Shown here: positions 13,367-26,205 of the stretch, piece after piece | Layout: every line of letters begins with the position of its first letter | How positions within the stretch are numbered: position 1 is the stretch's first letter | NCBI GenBank assembly: GCA_964016885.1 | Contig: OZ024742.1 | Location: 228,904,001 to 228,968,000, forward strand | DNA length: 64,000 nt | Direction of reading: 5' to 3' | Source of the DNA: Eledone cirrhosa | Lineage: Eukaryota | Notes under the pieces: generated by a model | The model's input: the letters and a program-made list of their open reading frames with translations, nothing else | Told to the model about the DNA's origin: nothing | The model's database searches: none | Made by a program: the position numbers and the translations under genes

Positions 13367-14012
13367 AATATATATATATATATTTATACATACATACATG
13401 TCAATGTCAATACCGTTTGAATGAATATCTCAGATGAAAGATTAACGAATATGGAATTCGTGTTGTCTGGCATTCTCGACCGCTACTGAGTTAAGAAAAC
13501 ATATTTTTATATTTGATAATGAGGCTGCCATATGTTATCGTATATAAATATATAGTATATGCTTTTATATACAAACTTTGTCTTAGTGCTACTGCCAACT
13601 ATATTCTCATTTCCAAACACTGCCCCACCTGTCACTTCTTGTTAAGCCTTTTTCTCATTCTTTTGTGATTTGACTTCCGACCTGGCCCATGTGTTTGAAT
13701 CTCCCGAGTTTTCTGTTTCCTATATTTGCCCCATCTATTTTGTTTAATGACATTTTCATTGTAACCACACAACCTACTTTTTAAATCAAACCGTTGTTTA
13801 CAACTGCTGTGACACCCTCATTCCGACTATCTATTTATCTCTATTTCTCCCTCTATATCCTTCTATCCATCCTTTTTCTTCCCCTCTCCCATTTCTCAAC
13901 ACTGCCCTACCAACCACTTTCTTTTAAGCCTTTGTCTCATTTTTTTGTGATTTGACTGTCGATCTGGCCTGTCCATCTTTGCCTTGTCTCTTGCTTATTA
14001 ATATTATTTCTA

Positions 14013-14490
14013 GGGCAGTGGATTGGCAGTATCGGTAGAGAGTCGAACACCATGCTTTATGATCTGAGTTCAAGTATTGCCAAGGTTAACTTTGCCTTTC
14101 ATCCTTACGAGGTCAATCAAATAAAGTCTCAGTCACGTACTGGGGTCGATTTAATCGGCTCTACCCACCCCCCACACCTCAAAATTACTGGCCCTGTGCC
14201 TATACTAGAAATCATTATTTCTAGTTCGATTTATTATATCGACCCCATCAGGATGAAAGGCAAAGCTAACCTCGGCGGGATTTGAACTCAGAACGTAAAG
14301 GGCCGTAACTCAATGCCACGATGCAGCGTCGGGCAACATGCATCACGGCATTGAGTTACGGCCCTCTACGTTCTAAGTTCAAATCCCGACGAGGTTAGCT
14401 TTGCCTTTAATCCTTACGGGGTCGATAAAGTAAAGCACCAGTAATGCACTGGAGTAATTGCTGGCCTTGTGCTAAAAGTAGACACAATTA
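14013..14490. mobile_element. Cluster of three Meta-core-like SINE copies (+ 14013-14218, - 14225-14328, + 14338-14490)
   Basis: Same core as 5745-5963. The second and third copies are head-to-head and form a hairpin centred near 14333. Confidence 0.8.
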
Positions 14491-14825
14491 TTTCTAGGTC
14501 GATTGCTCGAACTAACTTCTATTAATTTAATTAATTTCTTCATTTCTATTACAGTTACCTGCCCACATTTGTGTTCCTTTCGATTGTAGCCATTTTACTG
14601 TCCCTATCGGTATGTAGATATTTCTTGCTGATTTTTGACCATTGTGTTTTCACCCCGAATGGTTATCATTGGATACTATTGATTCACTGGTGGTGAACAA
14701 CCATATCTTTTAAAAGTAGCCGAAACTATAATGACTCCCAGAAAACAGGTGATGAGTGGGAATAGTTCATGTGCTTATCTCTTCCGAGTTTTCCGTTTTA
14801 TATATTTGTCACACGTTGTTTTTAA

Positions 14826-14925
<100 letters not shown>

Positions 14926-14974
14926 TATATATACATATATATATTAATAATTAACGGTGTTGTGATCGAATGTG

Positions 14975-15135
14975 GCATACATACATGATGGCTGCAAACT
15001 CGTGTTCGAGCATTGCCATCACCCGATAAAATGCTAAAAAATGTGAGGCCCGAATGTGGCTCTTTAAACCAGCCAAAGACTTAAACCCTCTAGCACATAC
15101 ATGGCAACTGTAGGCACCTCCGGGACTTTCCATTG
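14975..15135 (-). mobile_element. 3' end of an RTE-clade LINE (C-terminal C2H2 finger plus short tail)
   Basis: YSCHVCARGFKSLAGLKSHIRASH followed by a short 3' region ending in ATGTATGTATG. A single C-terminal CxxC..GLxSH finger is typical of RTE ORF ends. Confidence 0.6.
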
Positions 15136-16300
15136 TTTGTTCTGGCTGTGTGTTTTCATGTGTCTTTTAAGACTTCCCATGCTAACATATCTCATCGTTG
15201 TTTAAACATCTATATTGTGTTATAAAACTTCGTAACTCGTCCCTACAATTTTGTTAGCAAGTTTCTTCGTCTATGCCTGGGAAATAACCTCCGGTGATAT
15301 CTGAAGAGGTTTAAAGCTCACAATTGAAAGTTGAGTACGTTTAAGTAGCATTAGGTTGCAATTATGTATTCGACTGATAAAATCTTGATATTCTCGGTAC
15401 GTGTTAATCTGAATTTCTTGGAAATCATTTGAAATTTACTAATTTGTAGGTCTTCAGGTGTGCATATAAATCGCACTGGATGTATATGCGATTCTGAGAT
15501 ATGGCTGATTGTATTCATATATTTCATCTAAACGCCTTGGTCCTAACTTCTCTTCATCAAATGGCTTCTTACAACAATACCGCCGGGAGAGTTGGACGAG
15601 TTTAATAAACTTCTCATTTTGGATACAGCAAAGATATGAAAGACTTTGGTTAATTCAGCACAACACAGAGAGCGTGGTGATAATGACGACAATAATGATG
15701 ATGATGATGATGATGAGGTAGCAGATGATGACTTTGATGATGATGTTGAATTACAGAAACGGTGCAATTGATTTCTCCACAAACTGATTTCTTACATAAG
15801 CATTTCTAATCAATTGAAGTCAATCAAGAGATGTTCATTGTCTGTAATTCGGAAATAGTAAAATAGTAAAACAAAACGAAAGATGTGTGCGGAAAAAATT
15901 ATAGACATGCTTGCCAAGCAGATTCCAGTAGAAATCAGTCGATAACATGAACAAATAAACCAAAGACAAGAATGAAGGAAACTAAATTTAACGATATTAG
16001 TGTCTGAGAACAATAAATCAGTTTTATGGAGAGAACTTACAGAAATTTATTTCAGCTTAACTGCACAAGAGTTAACAGGAAACACTAGACGAGTCAAAGA
16101 CATAAAATATACATTCATAGACACATTTATGCCGATGTTTATATATGTTTTATATATTTGATAAAATCGACCTATCATGTGAACATATAAATTATTCAAT
16201 CTGACAATATCAGTTATCATTATTTTTAGCCTTAGTACTTCTCGCTCACTATGTGGCATCGACAGTAGATACGGAACCCAAATATTCCGGGCTCAGCAGG

Positions 16301-16456
16301 CTCCGACAGACATTACATGGCCTGGCCCTTTATACACAGTTATTGATTCCCCCTTGACCAAGACGCCTGTCCCTAACTCCGACAGACATTACATGGCCTG
16401 GCCCTTTATACACAGTTATTGATTCCCCCTTGACCAAGACACCTGTCCCTAACTCC
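16301..16456. repeat. Tandem duplication of a 76-bp unit
   Basis: CTCCGACAGACATTACATGGCCTGGCCC...CCTGTCCCTAA begins at 16301 and again at 16377, with one mismatch. Confidence 0.9.
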
Positions 16457-17384
16457 TATTTAACTCTTAACGTTCCGCACTAGATGTAACCACATTACCA
16501 AGACATTCTTGAAATGTATAAAATGCTATAACTACATAATAAGAAACATTAAAATGCTTTTTATAAAACTGTAAATTTTCACAATGATGTATCCACGAGT
16601 AAAAAGTCTATAAACCCTTGAATTAACAAACTCACTTTTAGATATTTTCTGCTAAATCATTGCAGTATATTAAGAGTTAAACATCAATAAAATCTATCAC
16701 ATCAGATTGAAGGGCGTGCTATGATCATAACTACACTAAAAAATATATATCCGACGTTGAACTAATTATGTAATGAATCATAACGAACACTGGAAAAAAA
16801 TTAGTTTCATATAAGAATATATGAATATACACGAAGATATATTTGACCTTGCTCTAAAATACTACTGACACTGAATTAACCTAATACGCTCTATGGCCTG
16901 TTACATAGTTTATGTCACTGATCTGTCAAAATCTAGACCAATATATGATTTTCAGAAGCTCGATTGAATACGAATTCAATAACATTAAAGAAGATGAAGA
17001 ATAATGAGACTCACAATACTTAAGTTGTCAAGCTCAAATGTTCTTTAAGAGGTTTAGCTTCAAAACGAATTTATTATTATATTCTTATATCAAATATTTT
17101 GTATTAAGCAAATTTTCTGATACGAAATCAATTTTAAAGATTGTTATTAATTTTGTTGCTGCCTTTCTTATTGTTATGGTGTTTCTTTTTTATTGTTGTT
17201 TAGAGTTCTTATTATTTCTATCAGTTTCAAACATTGGCTCCTCTAATTTCCGTTTCTCGTTATACTTTTCAACAATACTGAAATTAAATAGCTCAGGAAA
17301 AGAAAAGAAGAAAAAACATATGGTGATCGTGATTCCTCCAATAAAAGTAGAATATCAACGTTGATCAACATATATACAGAGGTC

Positions 17385-18335
17385 ACTAAGTGCCGGGCAA
17401 AGAGATACAGGGAGATCGTCGAGTTCAAGTTAGCTGATAAACAGTGAAGGTTTTGCCCCGGACGCAGCACAGCCGAGCAAAATTTCACAACGCGACAGGT
17501 CGACGACAAATCGTGGGAGGTATATTCTTGTTTTGTCGATCTTGAAAAGGCGTATGACCACGTTCCTCGGGACCTGCTGCAGAAGGGTATGCAGGTGTAC
17601 AGGATCGATGGTCAGCTCCTTACTACCCTGATGTCTCTATACGAATGCTCGAGTATTTGTGTTCGGATAAATGGTTCGGAACCATTCAATGTGGGAGTCG
17701 GACTCCGCCAGGTGTGCGTACTATCACCTCTCCTGTTCATTATTTACATGAACAGCATTGATATGCGCAGACGGGTATCATGACTGGCGGCTGTAAAATC
17801 AGTCGGCTGGAATATGCAGATGACATGGTGCTATTTACCTCGACAGAAGGTGATGTCCACATGCACGTGATAGGTTTGATGACGTGTGCTGTATGGCTGG
17901 AATGAAAATCAGTGCTGCGAAAACTGAGACACCCGTCCTCTCAAGGAAGTATGCGCAGTGCATTCTACATGTGAATGGAGTTCCACTGAAGCAGATGGAG
18001 AAGCTCAAGTATCTCGGGTCCGTGTTAAAGAGTGATGGAAGGTGGCTGAATTAAGTGCAAGAATTGCAGGAGCTGGTATTGTAATGCACCAGCTTCAGAA
18101 TTCAGTAATCAGAAGAAAGGAGGTAGGTGTAAAAGTTAAATTCACTGTCTTCAATTCAGTATTCGTGCCAACCCTTATCCATGGTCATAAATCTTTGGTA
18201 ATGACCGAAAGAATATGATCACGAATACAAGCGGCTGAAATGAGGTTACTCCGAAGGGTCTTCGGAGTAACGTTAGTCGATAGAGCGCCTAGTTCGGAGA
18301 TCAGAGAGTAACACCAGATAGAGGCACTACTTCTG
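17385..18335 (+). mobile_element. Decayed RTE-clade LINE reverse transcriptase fragment
   Basis: Manual translation across frameshifts: GFCPGRSTAEQNF, FVDLEKAYDHVPR, GLRQVCVLSPLLFIIYM, LEYADDMVL, KLKYLGSV, IQAAEMRLLRRV. Confidence 0.85.
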
Positions 18336-18339
18336 ATCG

Positions 18340-20275
18340 CGGTGCAGAGTCTGCTGTGGCTTTACAGGCCCACACCGGAGTGGCAGTTTTGTATGCAGCG
18401 ACTGTATATGAAGATGCTTTCCTCCGTTGATACTTCGTATCCTTTCTTCGAGCCTGCTTTTCTTCGGTGACAAGTTTCAGTTTATTTACCCCCTCGCTCC
18501 ATTCCCTGACGCCCTACTCTTCTCCATTGTGGGCGATCATTAGCGACCCCCTGTCATCTCTGGATGTCCCGATATATTGACTTCATATCTCGCCTGCAGA
18601 CGTCTTAGAGCTCTTGTGCCGGAGGCTAGTTCCTCATACAGTAGGTCTTTTGACATCCCCCCGTCCGGCATACTATGTACGAGCGAGCACAGATTGTGTT
18701 GTTGGAGTACGGTGAATATGCTGGGTATCTTGGCTCGGTTGACTACTTTAGTGTTGGTGACCTAGTCGATCTATTTGATATCCAAAGTGCATCTCAGGCT
18801 ACGAAGGTGGAAACATTGAGACGTCGTTCCTATCTTGAATAGAGGGTCTATGTCTTGCTGCCGTAATGTAGTGTGCTTGAGGACACACGCTTTGTAGACA
18901 ACAGTCTTGGTGTTGTTAGTTTTCTGTTCTCTCAGACTCTATTCGTCAGCCTGTCAAATGTGGAGGTTGCTCGTCAAATTCTAATGCTGATTGAGGGGTC
19001 CAAAGAGAGATTGCCAGTAATGGTCATGCTGAGGTAGGTGAATTTGTGTACTACCTTCAGCTCGTAGTTGGTGATGGTGATGCTAGTGGCGAACTTGACA
19101 CATTCCTTGCCCAGTACGTCGGTTCTTTTCTGACCAATGGTCTGGCTGAATTCCTGGCAATCACTCGAGAGTTTGCCCATGAGGTGCTGCATGTGTTCAT
19201 CAGAGTGCACTGCCAGTGCTGCGTCATTCACAAACTGTACTTCCCTGATGAGCACCAACGAACCCCAGATTTTGCTTAACAGCCTTGACAGATTAAACAG
19301 CTTTCCGTTCGATCTGGTGTGGAGGTAGTCATCTTCAGTTGACGTCCCTAATGTATTTTTTTAGCATAACTGCGAAAAGGATTCCAAACAGGGTGGAGGT
19401 AGCACAAAGCCCTGCTTCACACCGCTCCATGTGTTAAATGCTCCATAGAAGAGCCATTAAATTGAATACCTTTCATATCTGCATGAAACGATTGGACTAT
19501 CCTGAGAAGTCTTGGAGGACAACCAATCTTGGTAAGGATTTTGAACAGGCCGTCTCTACTAACTAGGTCGAATGCCTTCGAGAGTTCCATGATGGTGATG
19601 TAGCAGTCAAAGAGAGAAGATCGTGTCAACTGTGGAGAATTCTGACCTGAAACCACACTGAGAATCGGGGTATACCCTCCCTGCGATTTTTTTTGTAGTC
19701 TGTCCAGGATTACGTGGGCAAAGCCCACCCAAACGATGCTTAGCAGCGGCATGCTTCGGTGGCTATTACAGTCGCTTCTGTCCCCTTTGTTTTTATAGAG
19801 GTTGACAATGTGACAGTCTCTCATGTCTTGTGGGACTGTTCTTTTTTCCCAGCACTGACACAGTAGTTTCAACAAGTGGTTAAATAGCACTTGCTTTGCA
19901 CAGCTGATTATCTCTGTAGGGACGCCGTCCAATTTTAGTGCCTTAACAGTAGGCACGTCATCAATGGCTCTGCTCAGTTCTTCAGGATTTGGCAATGCGC
20001 TAAGCCTCTCCATGAAGTGTAGGTGTTCAACGGTGTCTAGCGCGTTTTCTGAGATGTTTTCCTTGGCGTAGAGTTAGGAGAAATGTTCCACCCATCTCTC
20101 CAACTACTCTCTTTTGTCTTTGATGACCTCGCTTGCTCTGGATTTCAGTGGAACTATCTTACCCTGGGTTGGAGCGATGGTTTTCTTGATCCCCACATAT
20201 ATTCCACGAATATTACCGATGTCAAATAACGGCTAGATGTCTTCGAGTAGTTCTAACCAGTAGTTATTTGCACAG
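18340..20275 (-). mobile_element. Decayed RTE (BovB-like) LINE, 5'-truncated, tail-to-tail with the previous LINE
   Basis: ORFs 19417-20013 (LYKNKGDRSDCN, LSKAFDLVSRDGL, GCPPRLL) and 18974-19258 (FVNDAAL, KFTYL). Downstream are YKACVLSTLHYGS and KDLLYEELASG motifs. Confidence 0.85.
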
Positions 20276-20641
20276 CCAGTAATATATATTTGTGGCGGGT
20301 CATTTGGTTATAATATTGCCAGAAATATATAATAAAACACATTCACTATTTGTTTGGGGTTGGTTTTCGCTTCCGTATATTTTATACCCCTATAGTTAAT
20401 ATAGCTGGTAATTAATGTTTATCATTGATTGCCAGCTAATTTAACTATAGGGATATTAAATGTACGGAAGTGAAAACCAATCAAACACAGGAATTCATAT
20501 AAAAAACCTTGCAAAACAAATTCATCGTTGTATATATATATATGGGAAAATGTTCAAGACCCCGACGGCAGAGCTCAAGCCGTTTCGACGGCTATTTCTG
20601 GTGCGTTATGGTCTACCTGGTTCCTTACCACACTTCCTTCG

Positions 20642-20680
<39 letters not shown>

Positions 20681-20842
20681 TATACATATATATATATATT
20701 TGTATGTATGCCTGTGTGTGGTGTATGTGTATGTGTGTGAGTGTGTGTGTGTGTATATATATATTCCTGAGTTGTGTCGGGGTTAACCACAGTTTAAAAT
20801 TACTGAATACATTGGTAGATTAGAGGCATCTAAAGTTTATAT

Positions 20843-20916
20843 ATAGGACTGTTTCTTTCGTATGAAATCACCAGGAATGTCCCGATGATTTCATACGAAT
20901 GAAACTGTGCTAATAT
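20843..20916. repeat. Fold-back made of two head-to-head degenerate HHR motifs
   Basis: Minus strand: CTGGTGA-tttcatacgaaa-GAAA-cag. Plus strand: CCGATGA-tttcatacgaat-GAAA-ctg. The symmetry centre is near 20878. Confidence 0.55.
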
Positions 20917-21070
20917 AGAAGTCATTTTAATATATAACTAGACAACCCGTGATCCGTTGGGTCACGTTCACTTCAAAATATAAAAAAAAAATCATGTTCA
21001 CTTAAAAATAATTTTTAAATAATTAAAATATACACAGACATGTAAAGAATGTGAAATGAAACTAGAAGGC

Positions 21071-21151
<81 letters not shown>

Positions 21152-21411
21152 CGTGTATGTATATATAAATGTGTGTGTTTGTATACATATATAAATAAAT
21201 ATATATATATATATATATATATAGATAATTTAATATATCTACTAACATAAGCGCACAGATGTACGCCAATGCCAGCAAATACACAGGTTATGTCATAGTA
21301 CCTAGGTGGTTCGATGCAGGAGAATGCAGAACAATAATATAAAAGACGTAAAATAAGAAAAATTTTTTTAAAAATTAAAAAAAAAAATTAACTTGCTTAC
21401 TTAAATTTTCA

Positions 21412-21491
21412 CTCCAACTAATTAGTTTCTGCAATGGGATAAAGACAGTTACGTAATGAACCGTTGAGAATTTCATTGCGTCATCAGGGAG
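21412..21491 (-). ncRNA. Type I hammerhead ribozyme motif with long stem II
   Basis: Minus strand reads ctcc-CTGATGA-c gcaatg...cattgc a-GAAA-ctaattag-TT-ggag. Stem III is the palindrome ACTAATTAGT. Confidence 0.8.
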
Positions 21492-21823
21492 GTCATTCTC
21501 AGCCGAGTCTCCAGGCGATGCGCGGACACTGGCGACTCATATAAAAATAATAATAATTCGGTAAATGGAACAGCTATCGAGGACTGGATTCCAGCTACTG
21601 AAAATTCTCACTGCCACTGATCATATGGCCGATTCTAAAGAATCAATCACGTGACACAGAGGCTAGTCAGTAGGAATGGGGTGGTAAGATGACAAGCGCC
21701 TACTAACACTCTTGTATATATATATATATATATATACAAAATTAAAATTAAGGGTTGTCATGTCTGAGAGACATGCGCCATATCCACCTAAAATAAGCTC
21801 AAAGATTAGATCCGAGCATTACA

Positions 21824-22336
21824 CATCAACTAGAAACAGATTGACATATATATATATCAAATAAATACATGAAACGATCACAAGGAATAATTTGTAAAGA
21901 ATGTAGGCACACATAGCTAGGTAGGTAACTAATTAAAGTTTGACTAGAACTTCAAATATAGATACCTTTTAAAATGATTAATCTCCTTTGTATATATTTC
22001 TTTAAGTAAGAAATATATTTCACCTATTAATCCGTAAATCACAGCAGTTAAATTCTTGGATGTTCACCAAAGGAAAAGAAAAATTCTCCTTTGGTGAACA
22101 TCGAAGAATTTAACTGCTGTGATTTACGGATTAATAGGTGAAATATATTTCTTACTTAAAGAAATATATACAAAGGAGATTAATCATTTTAAAAGGTATC
22201 TCTATTTGAAGTTCTAGTCAAACTTTAATTAGTTATCTACCTAGCTATGTGTGCCTACATTCTTTACAAATTATTCCCTGTGATTGTTTCATGTATTTAT
22301 TTTATATATACATATGTCAATCTATTTCAAGTTGAT
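21824..22336. repeat. Long fold-back inverted repeat (~250-bp arms, ~12-nt loop)
   Basis: 21824-22074 is the near-perfect reverse complement of 22087-22336; bounded by TA runs. Confidence 0.9.
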
Positions 22337-22349
22337 ATATATATATATA

Positions 22350-23022
22350 TATAAATAAAATTAGTCCTTCATCAGTGATCTTCCAACCTTCATTGGTATT
22401 TCATCGCTTTAAAAATCATATACCTCTGGTTGGTACGAGCAATAACTAAATAAAGTTATTGGGATAAGTAAAATAGCGAGAAGCGAGCGAGACAAGTAAA
22501 GAAACAAAGATGGTATTGCAACGGAAAGATGCAGCACTCCATCTTTCTTATATTTATATTTTTTCCTCAGCTGCGATTGCCTGTGTCTTTCTTACTGCTT
22601 TCCCTCTCTCTGTATCTCTCACTTTCTTTTTACACCCTCTGCCAGTCGCACTCTCTCTCGGCTGGCCTCTTCCTCACACATCCACTCACTCACTCTCTGC
22701 TTCTCTCCCTCTCTCACTTCCTCCCGTTTGACCTGTGTGAAATCCTTTTCTCGCTCACATCTCACCCATGTCGGATGGTCTGTATCTCTCGTCCATAATT
22801 TCACCAAGCTTAAGCTTATAGATATCATGTACTTGTCTCTTCCTATCTTTCCGTTGCAATACCATCTTTGTTTGTTTACATGACTCGCTCGCTTCACGCT
22901 ATTTTACTTGTCCCAATAACTTTATTTAGTTATTGCTCGCACCAACCAGAGGTGTATGATTTTTAAAGCGATGAAATACCAATGATGGTTGGAAGATCAC
23001 TGATGAAGGACTAATTTTATTC
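22350..23022. repeat. Inverted repeat (~170-bp arms) around a CT-rich spacer; the outer ends stop inside a CTGATGAAGGAC HHR 5' half
   Basis: About 22350-22525 is the reverse complement of about 22855-23022. Confidence 0.85.
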
Positions 23023-23061
23023 ATATGTAACCCATGTGCAACCACGCAGCACTCCATTTTT

Positions 23062-23153
<92 letters not shown>

Positions 23154-23197
23154 AGAGAGTAAAACAAAGAATCCTTTAATACATCAACAGTTTTTAT

Positions 23198-23239
23198 TAG
23201 CCGACAATGTTTCGTCCTATTAAGGACTCATCAGGGCAA
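23198..23239 (-). ncRNA. Canonical minimal type I hammerhead ribozyme
   Basis: Minus strand reads gcc-CTGATGA-gtcc ttaata ggac-GAAA-cattg-TC-ggc. The core is textbook, with a G10.1-C11.1 pair and GUC triplet, about 50 nt from (TA)n. Confidence 0.9.
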
Positions 23240-23838
23240 TCAAAACAACAAGAGGTAATTTCGGCAGATACAAGCCAGAAACTCTGAAGAATATGGAGTT
23301 TACATACACTAATGTCTTACAAAGATATACGATAATAAAAATGAAGATAAAAATAATAAAATTATAATAACTAAGGATGTAGATAACATTAAGAACCATA
23401 TTACAAATATAGTCCAAAGTCACCAACTTAAATCTAAACAAATTTGGTTATATAGAGCAGGAATTATATACAACACAGTATAATACATTATAATAATAAT
23501 ATATCTATACCAACATTAAAATTCCAAATTAAAAATCAAAAGGTACAATATATACATGTATATATGTGCGCGCACACACACACATATTACAATACACATA
23601 TCTATTTTCCATTACACAGAAATTAAGCCCTATTGGAAGTTTGCACATCAAAAATATCAAAAATAAGCATGGTAATAGTGAAAATAATGTTAATACATCT
23701 ACCCAATATACATGAGGCAATAATATGATATAATTACAAGAAACACTTATAATAAATAATAAACAACAAAATTATATAATACAATACAATATAATAAAGT
23801 AGAATATATAAAGTAGAATATATAATAAACACAATCTA

Positions 23839-23880
<42 letters not shown>

Positions 23881-23883
<3 letters not shown>

Positions 23884-26180
23884 TATAGACATAGAATATT
23901 CGAAAATATTCTGTATGTTTATAATAAACATTTTGAAGACCTAATCGCTATAGAATAGAATACGTCACGTATTACAATTAGATTCTCGATAAAAGCAAGG
24001 GAAGTAATCTACGCGTTTCATTCTCGTTAGAAATCATCAGGACTACATATCCAGTGCTTTTATCGAGAATGACACAGCTAGAGACTTATAGAATACTTAG
24101 CTGTGTACAGGAACTGGTTTGAAAGAGCGGTTGCCGGTCCGGCAGAAATTAGAAATTGGAATAAATGCTCTGAAATAGCGATATATATGTGAATATAGAC
24201 ATAGAATATTCGAAAATATTCTGTATGTTTATAATAAACATTTTGAAGACCTAATCGCTATAGAATAGAATACGTCACGTATTACAATTAGATTCTCGAT
24301 AAAAGCAAGGGAAGTAATCTACGCGTTTCATTCTCGTTAGAAATCATCAGGACTACATATCCAGTGCTTTTATCGAGAATGACACAGCTAGAGACTTATA
24401 GAATACTTAGCTGTGTACAGGAACTGGTTTGAAAGAGCGGTTGCCGGTCCGGCAGAAATTAGAAATTGGAATAAATGCTCTGAAATAGCGATATATATGT
24501 GAATATAGACATAGAATATTCGAAAATATTCTGTATGTTTATAATAAACATTTTGAAGACCTAATCGCTATAGAATAGAATACGTCACGTATTACAATTA
24601 GATTCTCGATAAAAGCAAGGGAAGTAATCTACGCGTTTCATTCTCGTTAGAAATCATCAGGACTACATATCCAGTGCTTTTATCGAGAATGACACAGCTA
24701 GAGACTTATAGAATACTTAGCTGTGTACAGGAACTGGTTTGAAAGAGCGGTTGCCGGTCCGGCAGAAATTAGAAATTGGAATAAATGCTCTGAAATAGCG
24801 ATATATATGTGAATATAGACATAGAATATTCGAAAATATTCTGTATGTTTATAATAAACATTTTGAAGACCTAATCGCTATAGAATAGAATACGTCACGT
24901 ATTACAATTAGATTCTCGATAAAAGCAAGGGAAGTAATCTACGCGTTTCATTCTCGTTAGAAATCATCAGGACTACATATCCAGTGCTTTTATCGAGAAT
25001 GACACAGCTAGAGACTTATAGAATACTTAGCTGTGTACAGGAACTGGTTTGAAAGAGCGGTTGCCGGTCCGGCAGAAATTAGAAATTGGAATAAATGCTC
25101 TGAAATAGCGATATATATGTGAATATAGACATAGAATATTCGAAAATATTCTGTATGTTTATAATAAACATTTTGAAGACCTAATCGCTATAGAATAGAA
25201 TACGTCACGTATTACAATTAGATTCTCGATAAAAGCAAGGGAAGTAATCTACGCGTTTCATTCTCGTTAGAAATCATCAGGACTACATATCCAGTGCTTT
25301 TATCGAGAATGACACAGCTAGAGACTTATAGAATACTTAGCTGTGTACAGGAACTGGTTTGAAAGAGCGGTTGCCGGTCCGGCAGAAATTAGAAATTGGA
25401 ATAAATGCTCTGAAATAGCGATATATATGTGAATATAGACATAGAATATTCGAAAATATTCTGTATGTTTATAATAAACATTTTGAAGACCTAATCGCTA
25501 TAGAATAGAATACGTCACGTATTACAATTAGATTCTCGATAAAAGCAAGGGAAGTAATCTACGCGTTTCATTCTCGTTAGAAATCATCAGGACTACATAT
25601 CCAGTGCTTTTATCGAGAATGACACAGCTAGAGACTTATAGAATACTTAGCTGTGTACAGGAACTGGTTTGAAAGAGCGGTTGCCGGTCTGGCAGAAATT
25701 AGAAATTGGAATAAATGCTCTGAAATAGCGATATATATGTGAATATAGACATAGAATATTCGAAAATATTCTGTATGTTTATAATAAACATTTTGAAGAC
25801 CTAATCGCTATAGAATAGAATACGTCACGTATTACAATTAGATTCTCGATAAAAGCAAGGGAAGTAATCTACGCGTTTCATTCTCGTTAGAAATCATCAG
25901 GACTACATATCCAGTGCTTTTATCGAGAATGACACAGCTAGAGACTTATAGAATACTTAGCTGTGTACAGGAACTGGTTTGAAAGAGCGGTTGCCGGTCC
26001 GGCAGAAATTAGAAATTGGAATAAATGCTCTGAAATAGCGATATATATGTGAATATAGACATAGAATATTCGAAAATATTCTGTATGTTTATAATAAACA
26101 TTTTGAAGACCTAATCGCTATAGAATAGAATACGTCACGTATTACAATTAGATTCTCGATAAAAGCAAGGGAAGTAATCT
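23881..26180 (-). mobile_element. Tandem array of a 310-bp HHR-containing unit (7.4 copies); retrozyme-like insertion in (TA)n
   Basis: The unit start GAATATAGAC falls at 23881, 24191, 24501, 24811, 25121, 25431, 25741 and 26051. I noticed only one difference among copies (C>T at 25690). There is no ORF of 60 aa or more, and each unit has one HHR. Confidence 0.9.
24004..24046 (-). ncRNA. Type I hammerhead ribozyme of the 310-bp unit (identical copies at 24314, 24624, 24934, 25244, 25554, 25864)
   Basis: Minus strand reads gtagtc-CTGATGA-t ttct aacg agaa t-GAAA-cgcg-TA-gattac. The 6-bp stem I is extended by a perfect 16-bp helix (23982-23997 with 24055-24070). Stem III is the palindrome ACGCGT. 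Confidence 0.88.
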
Positions 26181-26205
26181 ATATATATATATATCATAGA
26201 TTGTG

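Noticed and set aside
15450-15790. Possible host exon with an acidic Asp-rich tail (…DDDDEVADDDFDDDVELQKRCN*)
   Set aside because: Driven by a (GAT)n repeat, with upstream stops in frame and no convincing splice structure or recognisable domain.
23881-26180. CRISPR array or ordinary satellite
   Set aside because: There are no unique spacers or cas genes and the context is eukaryotic. The HHR and the end positions argue against a plain satellite.
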